Assembly (NCBI GenBank): GCA_964465205.1
Contig: CAYXJO010000004.1
Location: 9,671-73,670 of the forward strand
Direction: 5' to 3'
From: an uncultured Gammaproteobacteria bacterium
Lineage (GTDB): Bacteria; Patescibacteriota; Patescibacteriia; Magasanikbacterales; GWA2-37-8
DNA length: 64,000 nucleotides
Part shown: positions 18,788 to 28,069 of the stretch, one piece after another
Layout of the letters: every line of letters begins with the position of its first letter
Numbering within the stretch: position 1 is the stretch's first letter
Made by a program: the position numbers and the translations under genes
Notes under the pieces: generated by a model
The model's database searches: none
What the model was told of the DNA's origin: nothing
The model's input: the letters and a program-made list of their open reading frames with translations, nothing else

Positions 18788-18843
18788 ATAAGTTGATTAT
18801 ATCATCTTTTTAGGCTATAATACAAGGTGTAAGTTTTGATTAA

Positions 18844-18954
18844 GTGGTATGGATATTTAATTTTCTGGCGGCCAGACTTGCACCGGATCGTTGGCGCTAC
18901 GTCCCGCGCGGCGGGATGCGATGGCCGCTGGCGAAAATCAAATATCCATACCAC
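18844..18954 (-). repeat. Structured intergenic element, copy 2 (inverted)
   Basis: Core ttttctggcggccagacttgc...gatggccgctggcgaaaa is the reverse complement of copy 1 with mostly pairing-preserving changes. Confidence 0.85.
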
Positions 18955-18966
18955 CAAATTATATTT

Positions 18967-19953
18967 ATGTCCACCAGATTACCAATTGATTGTGTGATAG
19001 CCGTTACATATCGATGCAATGCACGTTGCACTATGTGTGATATTTGGCAGATAAAAGATTTTCCGGAATTGAAACCAGAAATATTAAAAAAACTTCCCGC
19101 TTCTTTGCGTGATATCAACATCTCCGGCGGTGAGCCGTTTTTGCGTGCCGATTTAATAGAAATAATTCGCGTTTTGAAAGATGTCTGTCCGGTGGCTCGC
19201 ATGGTGATTTCCTCCAATGGTTTTGCCACCGAACTTATTATGGAAAAGATGCGTGAGATTATAAAAATTAATCCCGATATTGGCGTGGCCATCTCTATTG
19301 ATGGTATGGGGGAGATGCACGATGAAATGCGTGGTATTCCAGGTGGTTTCGATAAAGCCATGGCCACCATTAAGGCACTCAAAGAATTAGGTATGACCAA
19401 TTTGCGTTTGGCATTTACCATGGGCGATCGCAATGCCAAACATCTGTCAGCTGTGTATGATCTGTCGCGTTCTTTGGGAATACAGTTTACCCATAGCTTT
19501 GCCCAGAGCTCCGAATTTTATTTTGGCGGTAAACAGAACACCAACACTTTGCGTCGTGATTTGATTTGGGATCAATATGGTTATCTTATAAAACGCGAAC
19601 TCAAAACTTGGCGATTGAAAAATTGGCTGCGCGCTTATTATGCTTATGCCATGCGCGATTTTATTCTAAGTCATGATCAGCCCCTGTCCAACGCGCCGGG
19701 TCGTGATTTTATGTTTATCGACCCATCTGGTGCGGTCTATCCTTCGGTGGTCCACAATATCGTTATGGGAAATTTGCATAAAATAGATGATTTTATGGGT
19801 TGGTGGCTTTCGCCAGATGTCGAGACAAAACGCGCTCAGATAGACGCGCTTAAGTTGCCGATTTGGATGATGTGCACGGCGCGTACAGCGATGTTGCGCC
19901 ACCCGTTTCGAGTAATGTTTTGGGTATTTAAAAATAAATTTTTTGCCAAATAA
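18967..19953 (+). CDS. Radical SAM protein (SPASM/twitch-type C-terminus)
   Basis: CNARCTMC, SGGEPF, SIDG...HD..RG. Start reassigned to MSTRLP because the 18844 start runs through the repeat. Confidence 0.9.
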   Translation: MSTRLPIDCVIAVTYRCNARCTMCDIWQIKDFPELKPEILKKLPASLRDINISGGEPFLRADLIEIIRVLKDVCPVARMVISSNGFATELIMEKMREIIKINPDIGVAISIDGMGEMHDEMRGIPGGFDKAMATIKALKELGMTNLRLAFTMGDRNAKHLSAVYDLSRSLGIQFTHSFAQSSEFYFGGKQNTNTLRRDLIWDQYGYLIKRELKTWRLKNWLRAYYAYAMRDFILSHDQPLSNAPGRDFMFIDPSGAVYPSVVHNIVMGNLHKIDDFMGWWLSPDVETKRAQIDALKLPIWMMCTARTAMLRHPFRVMFWVFKNKFFAK

Positions 19954-19955
19954 AT

Positions 19956-21164
19956 ATGCGTATTATTTTGGTAAATAAATATTGGTATGCGCGCGGTGGT
20001 GCCGAGACGGTGGCACTGCTTACCAAACAACTGCTCGAGAATGCCGGTCATGAAGTGGCTGTGTTTGGTATGTCTCACCCCAAAAATGTTTTTCACAATG
20101 ATTATTTTGTAGATGGAGTGGATTATGAAAATTTACACGGATTGTCCGCTTTTAAATTTGCCAGACGATTTATATCCAATTCTCAGGCACGACGCAATTT
20201 TGCCAAATTGGTGGCGGATTTCAAACCCGACGTAGTGCATCTGCATAATATTTATCATCAAATTTCATTTTCGATTTTGGATGTCACGCGCGCTGAGCAC
20301 ATTCCCACTGTTATGACTTTGCATGATTACAAGCTTATCAGCCCAAATTACAATTTATATCACCACGGAGTAATTGATGAAACTGTGTGTGCACACCCGT
20401 ATTTGTGTTTGTTCAATGATTGTATGGAAAACAAAGCCCGCAGTGCATTGGTGGTGGCCGAGGCGTATTGGCGGCATTTCAAAAAGTACCAACGAGCGAT
20501 AAATGTCTTTGTCAGTCCGAGTCAATTTTTGAAAAATAAATTCGTCGAATATGGATTTTCGGAAAATAATTTTTCAATTTTACCCAATCCATATAGCTTG
20601 AACGCAGTGGCCGCAGAAAATGATAACGATGGTTATGTGTTGTATTACGGTCGTTTATCCAAAGAAAAAGGTTTGAATATTTTGCTCTCTGCCGCTCAGA
20701 AAACTCCGGGGATAAGGTATGCTATAGCCGGCACCGGCCCCCAAGAAAAAGAATTAAAAAAGTTTGCCCTCGACAATAATATTAATAACGTAGATTTTTT
20801 GGGGTATCACACCGGCGCTCGTTTGGAGGACATTGTTTCCAAAGCGCGTTTGGTGGTGTTGCCGTCTGTTTGGTATGAAAATTATCCGATGAGCATATTG
20901 GGTGCTCACGCGCGCGGCAAAATCGTGATTGCCAGTAATATCGGCGGTATTCCAGAATTGGTCGGGGAAGAATTCTTGGTGCCAGCCGGCGACGCGACTG
21001 CTTTGGCGGCGATTGTGGACAAATGGTATCGTGCGAGCGAAAACGAACGCCGTTTGGTCGGCCGTAAATTACGCGAACAAATTGAAAAAACTAATAGTCC
21101 GGAGAAATATTTAAGCAACCTGCTAAATATTTATGCCTCGGCACAAACACAAATTAAACATTGA
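19956..21164 (+). CDS. Glycosyltransferase family 4
   Basis: RGGAE, TLHDYKLISP, GRLSKEKG, LPSVWYENYPM, SNIGGIPE. Confidence 0.93.
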   Translation: MRIILVNKYWYARGGAETVALLTKQLLENAGHEVAVFGMSHPKNVFHNDYFVDGVDYENLHGLSAFKFARRFISNSQARRNFAKLVADFKPDVVHLHNIYHQISFSILDVTRAEHIPTVMTLHDYKLISPNYNLYHHGVIDETVCAHPYLCLFNDCMENKARSALVVAEAYWRHFKKYQRAINVFVSPSQFLKNKFVEYGFSENNFSILPNPYSLNAVAAENDNDGYVLYYGRLSKEKGLNILLSAAQKTPGIRYAIAGTGPQEKELKKFALDNNINNVDFLGYHTGARLEDIVSKARLVVLPSVWYENYPMSILGAHARGKIVIASNIGGIPELVGEEFLVPAGDATALAAIVDKWYRASENERRLVGRKLREQIEKTNSPEKYLSNLLNIYASAQTQIKH

Positions 21165-23160
21165 GATCAAAATTTATAAAAGTATCATTTTTGTTTTTCT
21201 CGCCTTGGTTATCGCGGGCGGGGTTTTTTATATTGCACGCGCAAAAAACGCCAACCAATATCCGCGGCTAGCCAATTATATTTTGGGTACGCTGCCTACC
21301 GATAGTGAAAGTATCGCCAAATTGGCCAAACAAGATCTGCTCATCATTAGTCCGGAACAGGGGACTGTCCGGCGTAGTGTGATTGATACTATTCGACAAA
21401 TAAACCCCAATATTATCTTGCTGGCTTATGTGCCGGCACCTACATATAATACCGCCGCTTGGGGTGTATATCCGGCCAATACTCTGTACAAAAATTTTCA
21501 TGTGCCGGATAGTTGTTGGTTGCGCGATAGTAGTGGTAATATGATTAGTAACTGGTGGCCGGGTCTTAAGCATATGAATTTATCGCCATCGTGTAGTGAA
21601 AATTTAATTAATTTCACGCGTGACAATGTTTTGTCACAAGGAATTTGGGATGGGATTTTTTATGACATGATTTTTGATAATATTAGTTGGCTCAATGATG
21701 GCGATATTGATTTAAATGGCGACGGCGCCAAAGATAATAAATCTTGGGCAGATGCCGAGTGGCAAAAACGCACCGTTTATCTTTTGGATCGCTCTCGTAC
21801 TTTATCTGTAAAATATATTTTGATTAACGGCAGTTCGGTATCAGATTACCAGTCCTATGTAAACGGGCGCATGTACGAAAATTTCCCCACTCCATGGGAA
21901 GCGGGTGGCTCGTGGAGCGGTATTATGAGTGGCCTGGTGCGTAACGCCGCGGCTAATCAATCACCCAAGATGTATGTAGTGAATGCTAATACCAAAAATA
22001 CCGGCAATAAAAATGATTATCGCCGCATGCGTTTTGGTTTGGGTAGTGCACTCATGTTTGATAATGTTTATTTTAGCTTTGATTATGGTGACAAAGATCA
22101 TAATCAAGTGTGGTGGTATGACGAATATGATGTGAGTCTGGGTACGCCTGCCGGGCCGGCACGTTCCATGAATAATCGCACGCAATTTACCGATGATGTA
22201 TGGCGACGTGATTATACCAATGGTATTGCACTAGTGAATCCAACCACTCAAGCGCAGAATATTGATTTGGGTGGCGAGTTCGAAAAAATAAGCGGCACCC
22301 AGGATCGCGCGGTCAATAGCGGTTTGATTGTGGACAGAGTTCAGGTCGGATCAAAGGATGCCGTACTAATGCTTAAAACTTTTCAAACAGTAGATGGAGC
22401 TGTTTTTGCCAATGGTGCGTTTTTGCGTTTTTATAATACAAAAGGCACCCGCGCGCGCAACGGTTTTTTTGCCTTTGATGATTCGGTCGCTGGTGGTAGC
22501 TCGGTGTGGCGTGGTGATTTGGATAATGATGGGCGTCTAGAGCGCGTAGTAATGACCGGATACAAAATGCAAATTTATAATCAAGATGGTAATTTTTGGT
22601 ATGATGACTATCCGTTGGGCTGGAATGTCAAAGGCGGTACGCGGTTCGCGGTAGGTCGCACCAAATCCAAAACCAACAATATTTTGGTTAGTACCATGAT
22701 TGGCGGCAAGGTAGCTTTGCTCAATCAATATGGTCAAATGATTAATCGCGAATTTTATCCTCTGGGTAAAAAATTTAGTGGCGGATTTTCGGTGGCCATC
22801 GGTGATGTGGATGGTGACGGTAAAGGTGAAAACATTATTGGTGTAGGCGCAGGCAAGCCGGCCGAAGTGATTATTTATGATGAGAATTTGAAAAAGATTA
22901 AAAAGAGATTTTATCCGTATGAGAAAAATTTTACCGGCGGGGTGGAGGTAGCGACCGGTGATGTGAATGGTGATGGTAAGGTAGAAATTATTACTTTGCC
23001 CATGAAAAATAAAAAACCCGTTGTGCGGGTGTATAGCGGTGTGGGTAAAAAAATATCTGAGTTTACGATGAGTAGTAGTTTTGGTGGTAAGAATTATACT
23101 ATTGGTGCCGCTGATGTGAATTTTGATGGACGAGTGGAGATTGTTGTTGGTGGCAATTAG
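21133..23160 (+). CDS. Membrane-anchored putative glycoside hydrolase (GHL15-like) with FG-GAP/VCBS repeats
   Basis: N-terminal TM; WDGIFYD, NGRMYENF, WWYDEY, VWRRDY; C-terminal GDVDGDG/GDVNGDG repeats. Confidence 0.75.
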   Translation: MPRHKHKLNIEIKIYKSIIFVFLALVIAGGVFYIARAKNANQYPRLANYILGTLPTDSESIAKLAKQDLLIISPEQGTVRRSVIDTIRQINPNIILLAYVPAPTYNTAAWGVYPANTLYKNFHVPDSCWLRDSSGNMISNWWPGLKHMNLSPSCSENLINFTRDNVLSQGIWDGIFYDMIFDNISWLNDGDIDLNGDGAKDNKSWADAEWQKRTVYLLDRSRTLSVKYILINGSSVSDYQSYVNGRMYENFPTPWEAGGSWSGIMSGLVRNAAANQSPKMYVVNANTKNTGNKNDYRRMRFGLGSALMFDNVYFSFDYGDKDHNQVWWYDEYDVSLGTPAGPARSMNNRTQFTDDVWRRDYTNGIALVNPTTQAQNIDLGGEFEKISGTQDRAVNSGLIVDRVQVGSKDAVLMLKTFQTVDGAVFANGAFLRFYNTKGTRARNGFFAFDDSVAGGSSVWRGDLDNDGRLERVVMTGYKMQIYNQDGNFWYDDYPLGWNVKGGTRFAVGRTKSKTNNILVSTMIGGKVALLNQYGQMINREFYPLGKKFSGGFSVAIGDVDGDGKGENIIGVGAGKPAEVIIYDENLKKIKKRFYPYEKNFTGGVEVATGDVNGDGKVEIITLPMKNKKPVVRVYSGVGKKISEFTMSSSFGGKNYTIGAADVNFDGRVEIVVGGN

Positions 23161-23164
23161 TTTT

Positions 23165-24067
23165 TTATTTGCCGGTAAAAATACAGACTACCGGCCCGCT
23201 GAATATATGGCCGGCGGCGAGCGCTTGTTGCAAGCCGACAATTGCCAGTGCGCTGTTGGTAGAAATTTCAATGTTTGCGGTTTGTTTTACGAGTTCAATT
23301 GCGGATTTTATTTCAGCATCCGTTGCTACCCAGCCCAATCCTTGGCTGTTTTTTAATACTGTCAAAATTTTGTTTTTGCGATGCGCTATTTTATCTACAA
23401 TCGCGCCAGCCAAAGATGTGTTGGTTGGCACTGTGGCGATATTGGTTACCAGTGGATGGCAAGCGGAGGTTTGAACTATGTGTATTTGTGGATTTATTTT
23501 GATTTTTTGAAAAGCTTCATATAGACCTTGGGCGGTGGTGCCGCTACTGGTCGGTATAAATACGGCCGATAAATTTTTTATCTCGGCCAGTTCTTGGGCC
23601 AGTTCGGTATAGCCAACGAGCGCTATATCATCGGTAGATTGGCGCAGGTTTTTTATCGCACCACCACAGATACCGGTCTGACAACCGTCTTTTTCGCTTT
23701 GGAAGGCCGTTTGTTTGGGATTGGATACTTGTTGCATCTCTATCGCCGGATCCGACGTGATAATATCTTGCAAAATTTTTAATTTATCGGCATTAATTTT
23801 CTTACCAACAAAAATAGTTAACGAAATCTTATCGGTGTGATCGTGGTTGTGGGCGGCAATTGTAATAGCGGCGGCGATAGCCGCATTGCCCGAAGAAGCG
23901 ATTACAAAATTTCGCACACCGGCGGATAAATAATATTCAATCATCGCGGGAATCGATCGCCCTTTGTGTGAAAGTAAAGGGTGTAAATCTTCACGTTTCA
24001 AATATAGCGGTGTGTTGAGGCCGATTTTTGTCGCCAGTTTTTCGAATTGTATTTGAGGAGTTATCAT
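23165..24067 (-). CDS. PLP-dependent fold-type II enzyme (threonine synthase/cysteine synthase-like)
   Basis: LYLKREDLHPLLSHKGR, ASSGNAA, PTSSGTT. Start taken at MITPQ. Confidence 0.85.
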   Translation of the reverse strand: MITPQIQFEKLATKIGLNTPLYLKREDLHPLLSHKGRSIPAMIEYYLSAGVRNFVIASSGNAAIAAAITIAAHNHDHTDKISLTIFVGKKINADKLKILQDIITSDPAIEMQQVSNPKQTAFQSEKDGCQTGICGGAIKNLRQSTDDIALVGYTELAQELAEIKNLSAVFIPTSSGTTAQGLYEAFQKIKINPQIHIVQTSACHPLVTNIATVPTNTSLAGAIVDKIAHRKNKILTVLKNSQGLGWVATDAEIKSAIELVKQTANIEISTNSALAIVGLQQALAAGHIFSGPVVCIFTGK

Positions 24068-24145
24068 GTTGATAAATTTTTTTGACAACAATTTTTATCT
24101 TTGATATATTACCCGGCGTTATCTTAATTTATTTTTTATTAATTT

Positions 24146-24310
24146 ATGAAATTAGTTTGCCCGGAATGTAAAAATAACGTTGATTTGTCCACTTATCATG
24201 ATTTGGCGGTCGGCCACATTGTCGAATGCAATCATTGCGGTATTACTCTCATGGTAACCAAAGTCAGTGATGATAGTGTGGAGGCGGAAATTGTCGATGA
24301 GGGCAAATAA
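24146..24310 (+). CDS. 54-aa LysW-like zinc-ribbon protein (absent from the ORF track)
   Basis: MKLVCPECKNNVDLSTYHDLAVGHIVECNHCGITLMVTKVSDDSVEAEIVDEGK: CPEC...ECxxCG.xL.V pattern, acidic tail, own terminator. Confidence 0.8.
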   Translation: MKLVCPECKNNVDLSTYHDLAVGHIVECNHCGITLMVTKVSDDSVEAEIVDEGK

Positions 24311-24320
24311 ATTGTTAATC

Positions 24321-24346
24321 AAGCGGGCTCGCGAGAGCTCGTTTTT
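24321..24346 (+). terminator. Terminator after the LysW-like gene
   Basis: gcgggctc-gcga-gagctcgt followed by a T-run (GNRA loop). Confidence 0.65.
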
Positions 24347-24902
24347 ATTTTGGTAGAAAAATTAAATTACGTAATTCATCTAGTTGATTATTTAATTTCA
24401 ACTTGGCGATATATAGGGCCAAATTTGATCCCCAGTATTTGTCGGATAAAATATTTTCTACGAATTCATCAAAATTTAATTCTAGTATTTTTATTTTTTC
24501 ACCACTGTCCAATTTGGGCTCGCTGACTTTGGTGCAATTGCGGGCGATGTACACGTAGATAGTCCAATCAATTTTATAAAATGGTTCAAAAGTTTGCCAT
24601 AAATACCAGTCATCACTGTGCAATCCGGTTTCTTCGAGTAGTTCGCGCCGAGCGCTCTCCTGGGGTGATTCGTCGGGCTCTTGGCGCCCGCCAAACATAG
24701 ACACAGCACGCGCTGTGATTCCTGGTTGTTCTTCGTTGGCAAGTAGGATTTTGTCACCCATGGTGGCTATTACTTGTACGGTATTTGGGCGTTTCAGCAT
24801 TTCAAAAGTAGATTTCGAACCGTCAAACATTTCTTGTTCCCATTGATAAGTATCAAAGATTATTCCCGAGAACACTTTTTGGGCTTCATTAGGTATTTTC
24901 AT
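24345..24902 (-). CDS. Nudix hydrolase (ADP-ribose pyrophosphatase-like)
   Basis: Nudix box GGRQEPDESPQESARRELLEETGL. Confidence 0.9.
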   Translation of the reverse strand: MKIPNEAQKVFSGIIFDTYQWEQEMFDGSKSTFEMLKRPNTVQVIATMGDKILLANEEQPGITARAVSMFGGRQEPDESPQESARRELLEETGLHSDDWYLWQTFEPFYKIDWTIYVYIARNCTKVSEPKLDSGEKIKILELNFDEFVENILSDKYWGSNLALYIAKLKLNNQLDELRNLIFLPK

Positions 24903-24903
24903 A

Positions 24904-26265
24904 TTATTGAATTATTGCTTCAATCATACCACGAAATCCATGGCTGCCACAGAATATTATTATGTCTCCAGTGGTGGCATTTGTTTTTAGGTATTGTATG
25001 AGTTCGGTATCTTCGGCTACATACACGGCTTGTCCACCCCCGCGGTTGATAATATCCGCCAAAGTTTCGCCCGAGATAAATTCGGCATCGTTTTTTAATT
25101 TGGTAAGATGAGGAATTAGCACCATATTCGCGGCAGTAAAAGCGCCGGCGTATTGCGGCTCGGCTTCCGGTTTGCGGTTGCCGGAATTTGGTTCAAACAC
25201 GCAAAATATTTTTCCGGTGTAAATTTTACGCAAAGTTTCCAAAACACTCCTCACTTTGATAGGGGAATGGGCAATGTCGTCGAATATAATCGCTCCTGTT
25301 TTGGTCATGCCGCGTTTTTCTAGACGGCGTTTGATGCCGCCGAATGACTTGATGCTTTCAATAATTTTTTCCGGCGCAATACCGATTTGGTGCGCCAGAG
25401 CAAAAGCGCCGCAAATATTTTCGGCTTGGTATTCTCCCAATAGGTTGGTGTGAATGCGAAATTCGGTATTTTGAAATTTGATAGTGAATTCCAGCCCAAG
25501 AGGTGACGAGATTATGTCGGTGTAATAATAGTCACAGCGAGCGGTACGCCCATAAATGATTTTGTTTTCTTGCGCGCGGTCCGCTATTTCAGTCGGCACG
25601 TTCTCGCTCATAACTGTTAGCCCGGTAGGTGGAATTGAGGATAATAATTTTTCAAAAACGGAATAGTAATCTTTTTCGGTCGGGTATACATCGGCATGAT
25701 CCCATTGTACCGCCGTAAGTAGTAAATGTGTTGGAGAGTAATGAAAAAATTTGGGACCACTATCCCAGCGCGAGGTTTTATATTCGTCGCCCTCAAGCAC
25801 ACTCCATTCTCCGCCCAGATCATCAGCGGCTAATTCGGGTGTGCCAGAAAGCGCGCCAAACATGTAGGCCGGTTTTTTGTCGGCATTGATGAGCATCCAC
25901 GAGAGTAGGGCGGTAGTAGAAGTTTTGCCGTAAGTGCCGGCGCAGACAATGGAATTTGTATGGACCAATTCGCGCGCAATGAGCTCAGGATAGGAAACGT
26001 ACGGAATGTTATTTTTTTGTACAAACAAAAACTCCGGATTTTCACTGCCGGCCACATTGCCCACCACCACCAAGTCCGGCTTGCCCATTTTTTCGGGGTG
26101 CCAGCCAGCGTAATAGGCGATGTGATTGTTTTGTAGGTGAGTAGAAATCGGGGGATAAAATCCAACATCACTACCGGTGACGTCCCAACCTTTGTTTTTC
26201 ATGCATATCGCGAGCGCCCCCATGCCTACGCCACAGATGCCGATAAAATGAATATGCTTTGGCAT
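24904..26265 (-). CDS. mpl: Mur ligase, murein peptide ligase/MurC-like
   Basis: HIHFIGICGVGMGALA, AGTYGKTSTT, LEGDEY, DHADVY, DDIAHSP; EGDEY points to Mpl rather than MurC. Confidence 0.75.
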   Translation of the reverse strand: MPKHIHFIGICGVGMGALAICMKNKGWDVTGSDVGFYPPISTHLQNNHIAYYAGWHPEKMGKPDLVVVGNVAGSENPEFLFVQKNNIPYVSYPELIARELVHTNSIVCAGTYGKTSTTALLSWMLINADKKPAYMFGALSGTPELAADDLGGEWSVLEGDEYKTSRWDSGPKFFHYSPTHLLLTAVQWDHADVYPTEKDYYSVFEKLLSSIPPTGLTVMSENVPTEIADRAQENKIIYGRTARCDYYYTDIISSPLGLEFTIKFQNTEFRIHTNLLGEYQAENICGAFALAHQIGIAPEKIIESIKSFGGIKRRLEKRGMTKTGAIIFDDIAHSPIKVRSVLETLRKIYTGKIFCVFEPNSGNRKPEAEPQYAGAFTAANMVLIPHLTKLKNDAEFISGETLADIINRGGGQAVYVAEDTELIQYLKTNATTGDIIIFCGSHGFRGMIEAIIQ

Positions 26266-26267
26266 AA

Positions 26268-26915
26268 TTATTTAAAAATATTTTTCAATTCTTCCACATC
26301 GGTGTTCCATGTTTTCTTGTTCCACCACTCAAATCCGCTAAATTGTGTTTTGTATAGCGCCGCTCCATCTTTCGCGCTACCCAAATAAACAAATTTTTTG
26401 TTATTTTCTTTGGCCCATACAATCGCGCGCGTCATCATACCGATACCGAGATTGGGTATATTAGTATCTAAATTATAAAGTGGATAGCTATAATGTAAAA
26501 TTTTATCATTTGCAAAACAAATCGCATAGCCAACTGGATTATTATCTATAGAAAATTTCAAAAGTAAATTAAAGTTACTTTTTTCACCGTCAGTCAAAAG
26601 TTCTTTGATTTTATTGGCGCTAAAAATTCCGGGACCAAACTTGGTATCGTAAAAATTTTTTCCCATTTTTCCAATTTCCCAAGAATAATCTGCGTAGGGG
26701 ATAGTAGTCACTTCCATTTTTACATTTTCCGTTTTACGCAACACCCGGCGATTCTCGCTGCTCAATTCAAATTTGCTCAAATCCACTCGCACGCTGCGTG
26801 TTTCGTACATGGCACCCCGGCCTGCGCGTGTAAACAAAAATCCGGCGTCATAGAGCGCATAGATGTTATTTTCAGAAAAGTCGGTAATAGTTTTTTCGGA
26901 CCAAACGAGGTACAT
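26268..26915 (-). CDS. GNAT-fold protein resembling aminoacyl-tRNA-protein transferase (ATE/Bpt-like)
   Basis: GF..R....Y..RSVRVDL.KF..S...RR; HYSYPLY; LG.GMM; FVYLG...YK.QF. Confidence 0.65.
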   Translation of the reverse strand: MYLVWSEKTITDFSENNIYALYDAGFLFTRAGRGAMYETRSVRVDLSKFELSSENRRVLRKTENVKMEVTTIPYADYSWEIGKMGKNFYDTKFGPGIFSANKIKELLTDGEKSNFNLLLKFSIDNNPVGYAICFANDKILHYSYPLYNLDTNIPNLGIGMMTRAIVWAKENNKKFVYLGSAKDGAALYKTQFSGFEWWNKKTWNTDVEELKNIFK

Positions 26916-26924
26916 ATTATAATT

Positions 26925-28055
26925 TTAGTATAGCGCCATCCACACGCCTACTACCACCATGAAGCAGTGTATAAGCCAAAAGCGCGTGACGATTTTTTCT
27001 TCGCTCCAACCCATAAATTCAAAATGATGATGTAGTGGGGACATTTTGAATAATCTTTTTCCGAAAATTCGACGTGATAATACTTGTAGTATTACCGTGA
27101 TTGCTTCGATATAAAAAATAAAACCAATAATCGGGATAAGTAAAGTTTTATTGATCGCAATAGCGTTGACCGCAAACAGTGCGCCTAGCCCCAGTGATCC
27201 CACGTCGCCCATTTGAAACCGTGCTGGTTTGACGTTGAAATAAGTATAGGCGATAAGCGCGCCGGTGACGGTGGCATTTAGTAGAGTAAAAGCCGGGCGG
27301 CCTTCAGCCCAAGCAATCATGGTAAGTCCGGCAAATGACGCAATGAGCGCCCCGCCAGCAAGCCCGTCCATGCCGTCGGCGATATTCACTGCGTTGGCTG
27401 TAAACATTACAAACAAAATCACAATCGGGATAATGAGCCAGCCCAGCGCCAGTTGGCCGTCAAATGGAATATGTACGCTATGCCAGTACTGCCCAAGTTT
27501 AAAATAAATCCAATAGGCAACAATCCCACCAGCAATAAATTGCAAGAATAATTTTTCGTGCACTTGAACGCCTCGATTTTGTTTGCTGCCAAACATTCCT
27601 ACTATACGAGCAAACGCATGCCATGGCAAAGTGATAAAGTGCCAAACACGCATATACCAGTGACGATGAATTTTTATCAAGGTCCAGACTTGGGATAATT
27701 TTCTCTCGCGGCGTCTTACGCCAAAAATATTTAAAATATCGTCGGTAGCGCCTAGTAGTGCCGCCACCCCCATGGCACCCATTGGCACATAAGTATAGGC
27801 GCGTTGCCAGTTGAGTAAAAGCGTTACAATTGTGACGGTGATTACCACCAGCAATCCACCCATTATGGGTGTGCCGATTTTGTGTCGGCGTTCACCTTGG
27901 AGTGTGTAATCAGCTTCACCATGGCGTGTCAGTTTGTATTTATACAAAATTTTGGTCAGTAGTGGTGCCCACAAAAAAGCTCCCACGCATGATGCCATAA
28001 GATAAATAAGCGCTTGTTTGAGTAGTTCGATGGAAAATGGTCCGCAGAAGTCCAT
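26925..28055 (-). CDS. mraY: Phospho-N-acetylmuramoyl-pentapeptide transferase
   Basis: HKIGTPIMGG, GATDD, NAVNIADGMDGL, FQMGDVGS, FKMSPLHHHFE. Confidence 0.95.
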   Translation of the reverse strand: MDFCGPFSIELLKQALIYLMASCVGAFLWAPLLTKILYKYKLTRHGEADYTLQGERRHKIGTPIMGGLLVVITVTIVTLLLNWQRAYTYVPMGAMGVAALLGATDDILNIFGVRRRERKLSQVWTLIKIHRHWYMRVWHFITLPWHAFARIVGMFGSKQNRGVQVHEKLFLQFIAGGIVAYWIYFKLGQYWHSVHIPFDGQLALGWLIIPIVILFVMFTANAVNIADGMDGLAGGALIASFAGLTMIAWAEGRPAFTLLNATVTGALIAYTYFNVKPARFQMGDVGSLGLGALFAVNAIAINKTLLIPIIGFIFYIEAITVILQVLSRRIFGKRLFKMSPLHHHFEFMGWSEEKIVTRFWLIHCFMVVVGVWMALY

Positions 28056-28069
28056 AGTGAGAGAAAAAA

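Noticed and set aside
18844-18966. N-terminal extension of the radical SAM protein (similar ORF-track extensions at 10718, 11511, 36107, 40486, 50637, 56956)
   Set aside because: These extensions run through repeats, promoters or upstream genes. Downstream ATGs match the family N-termini or SD positions.
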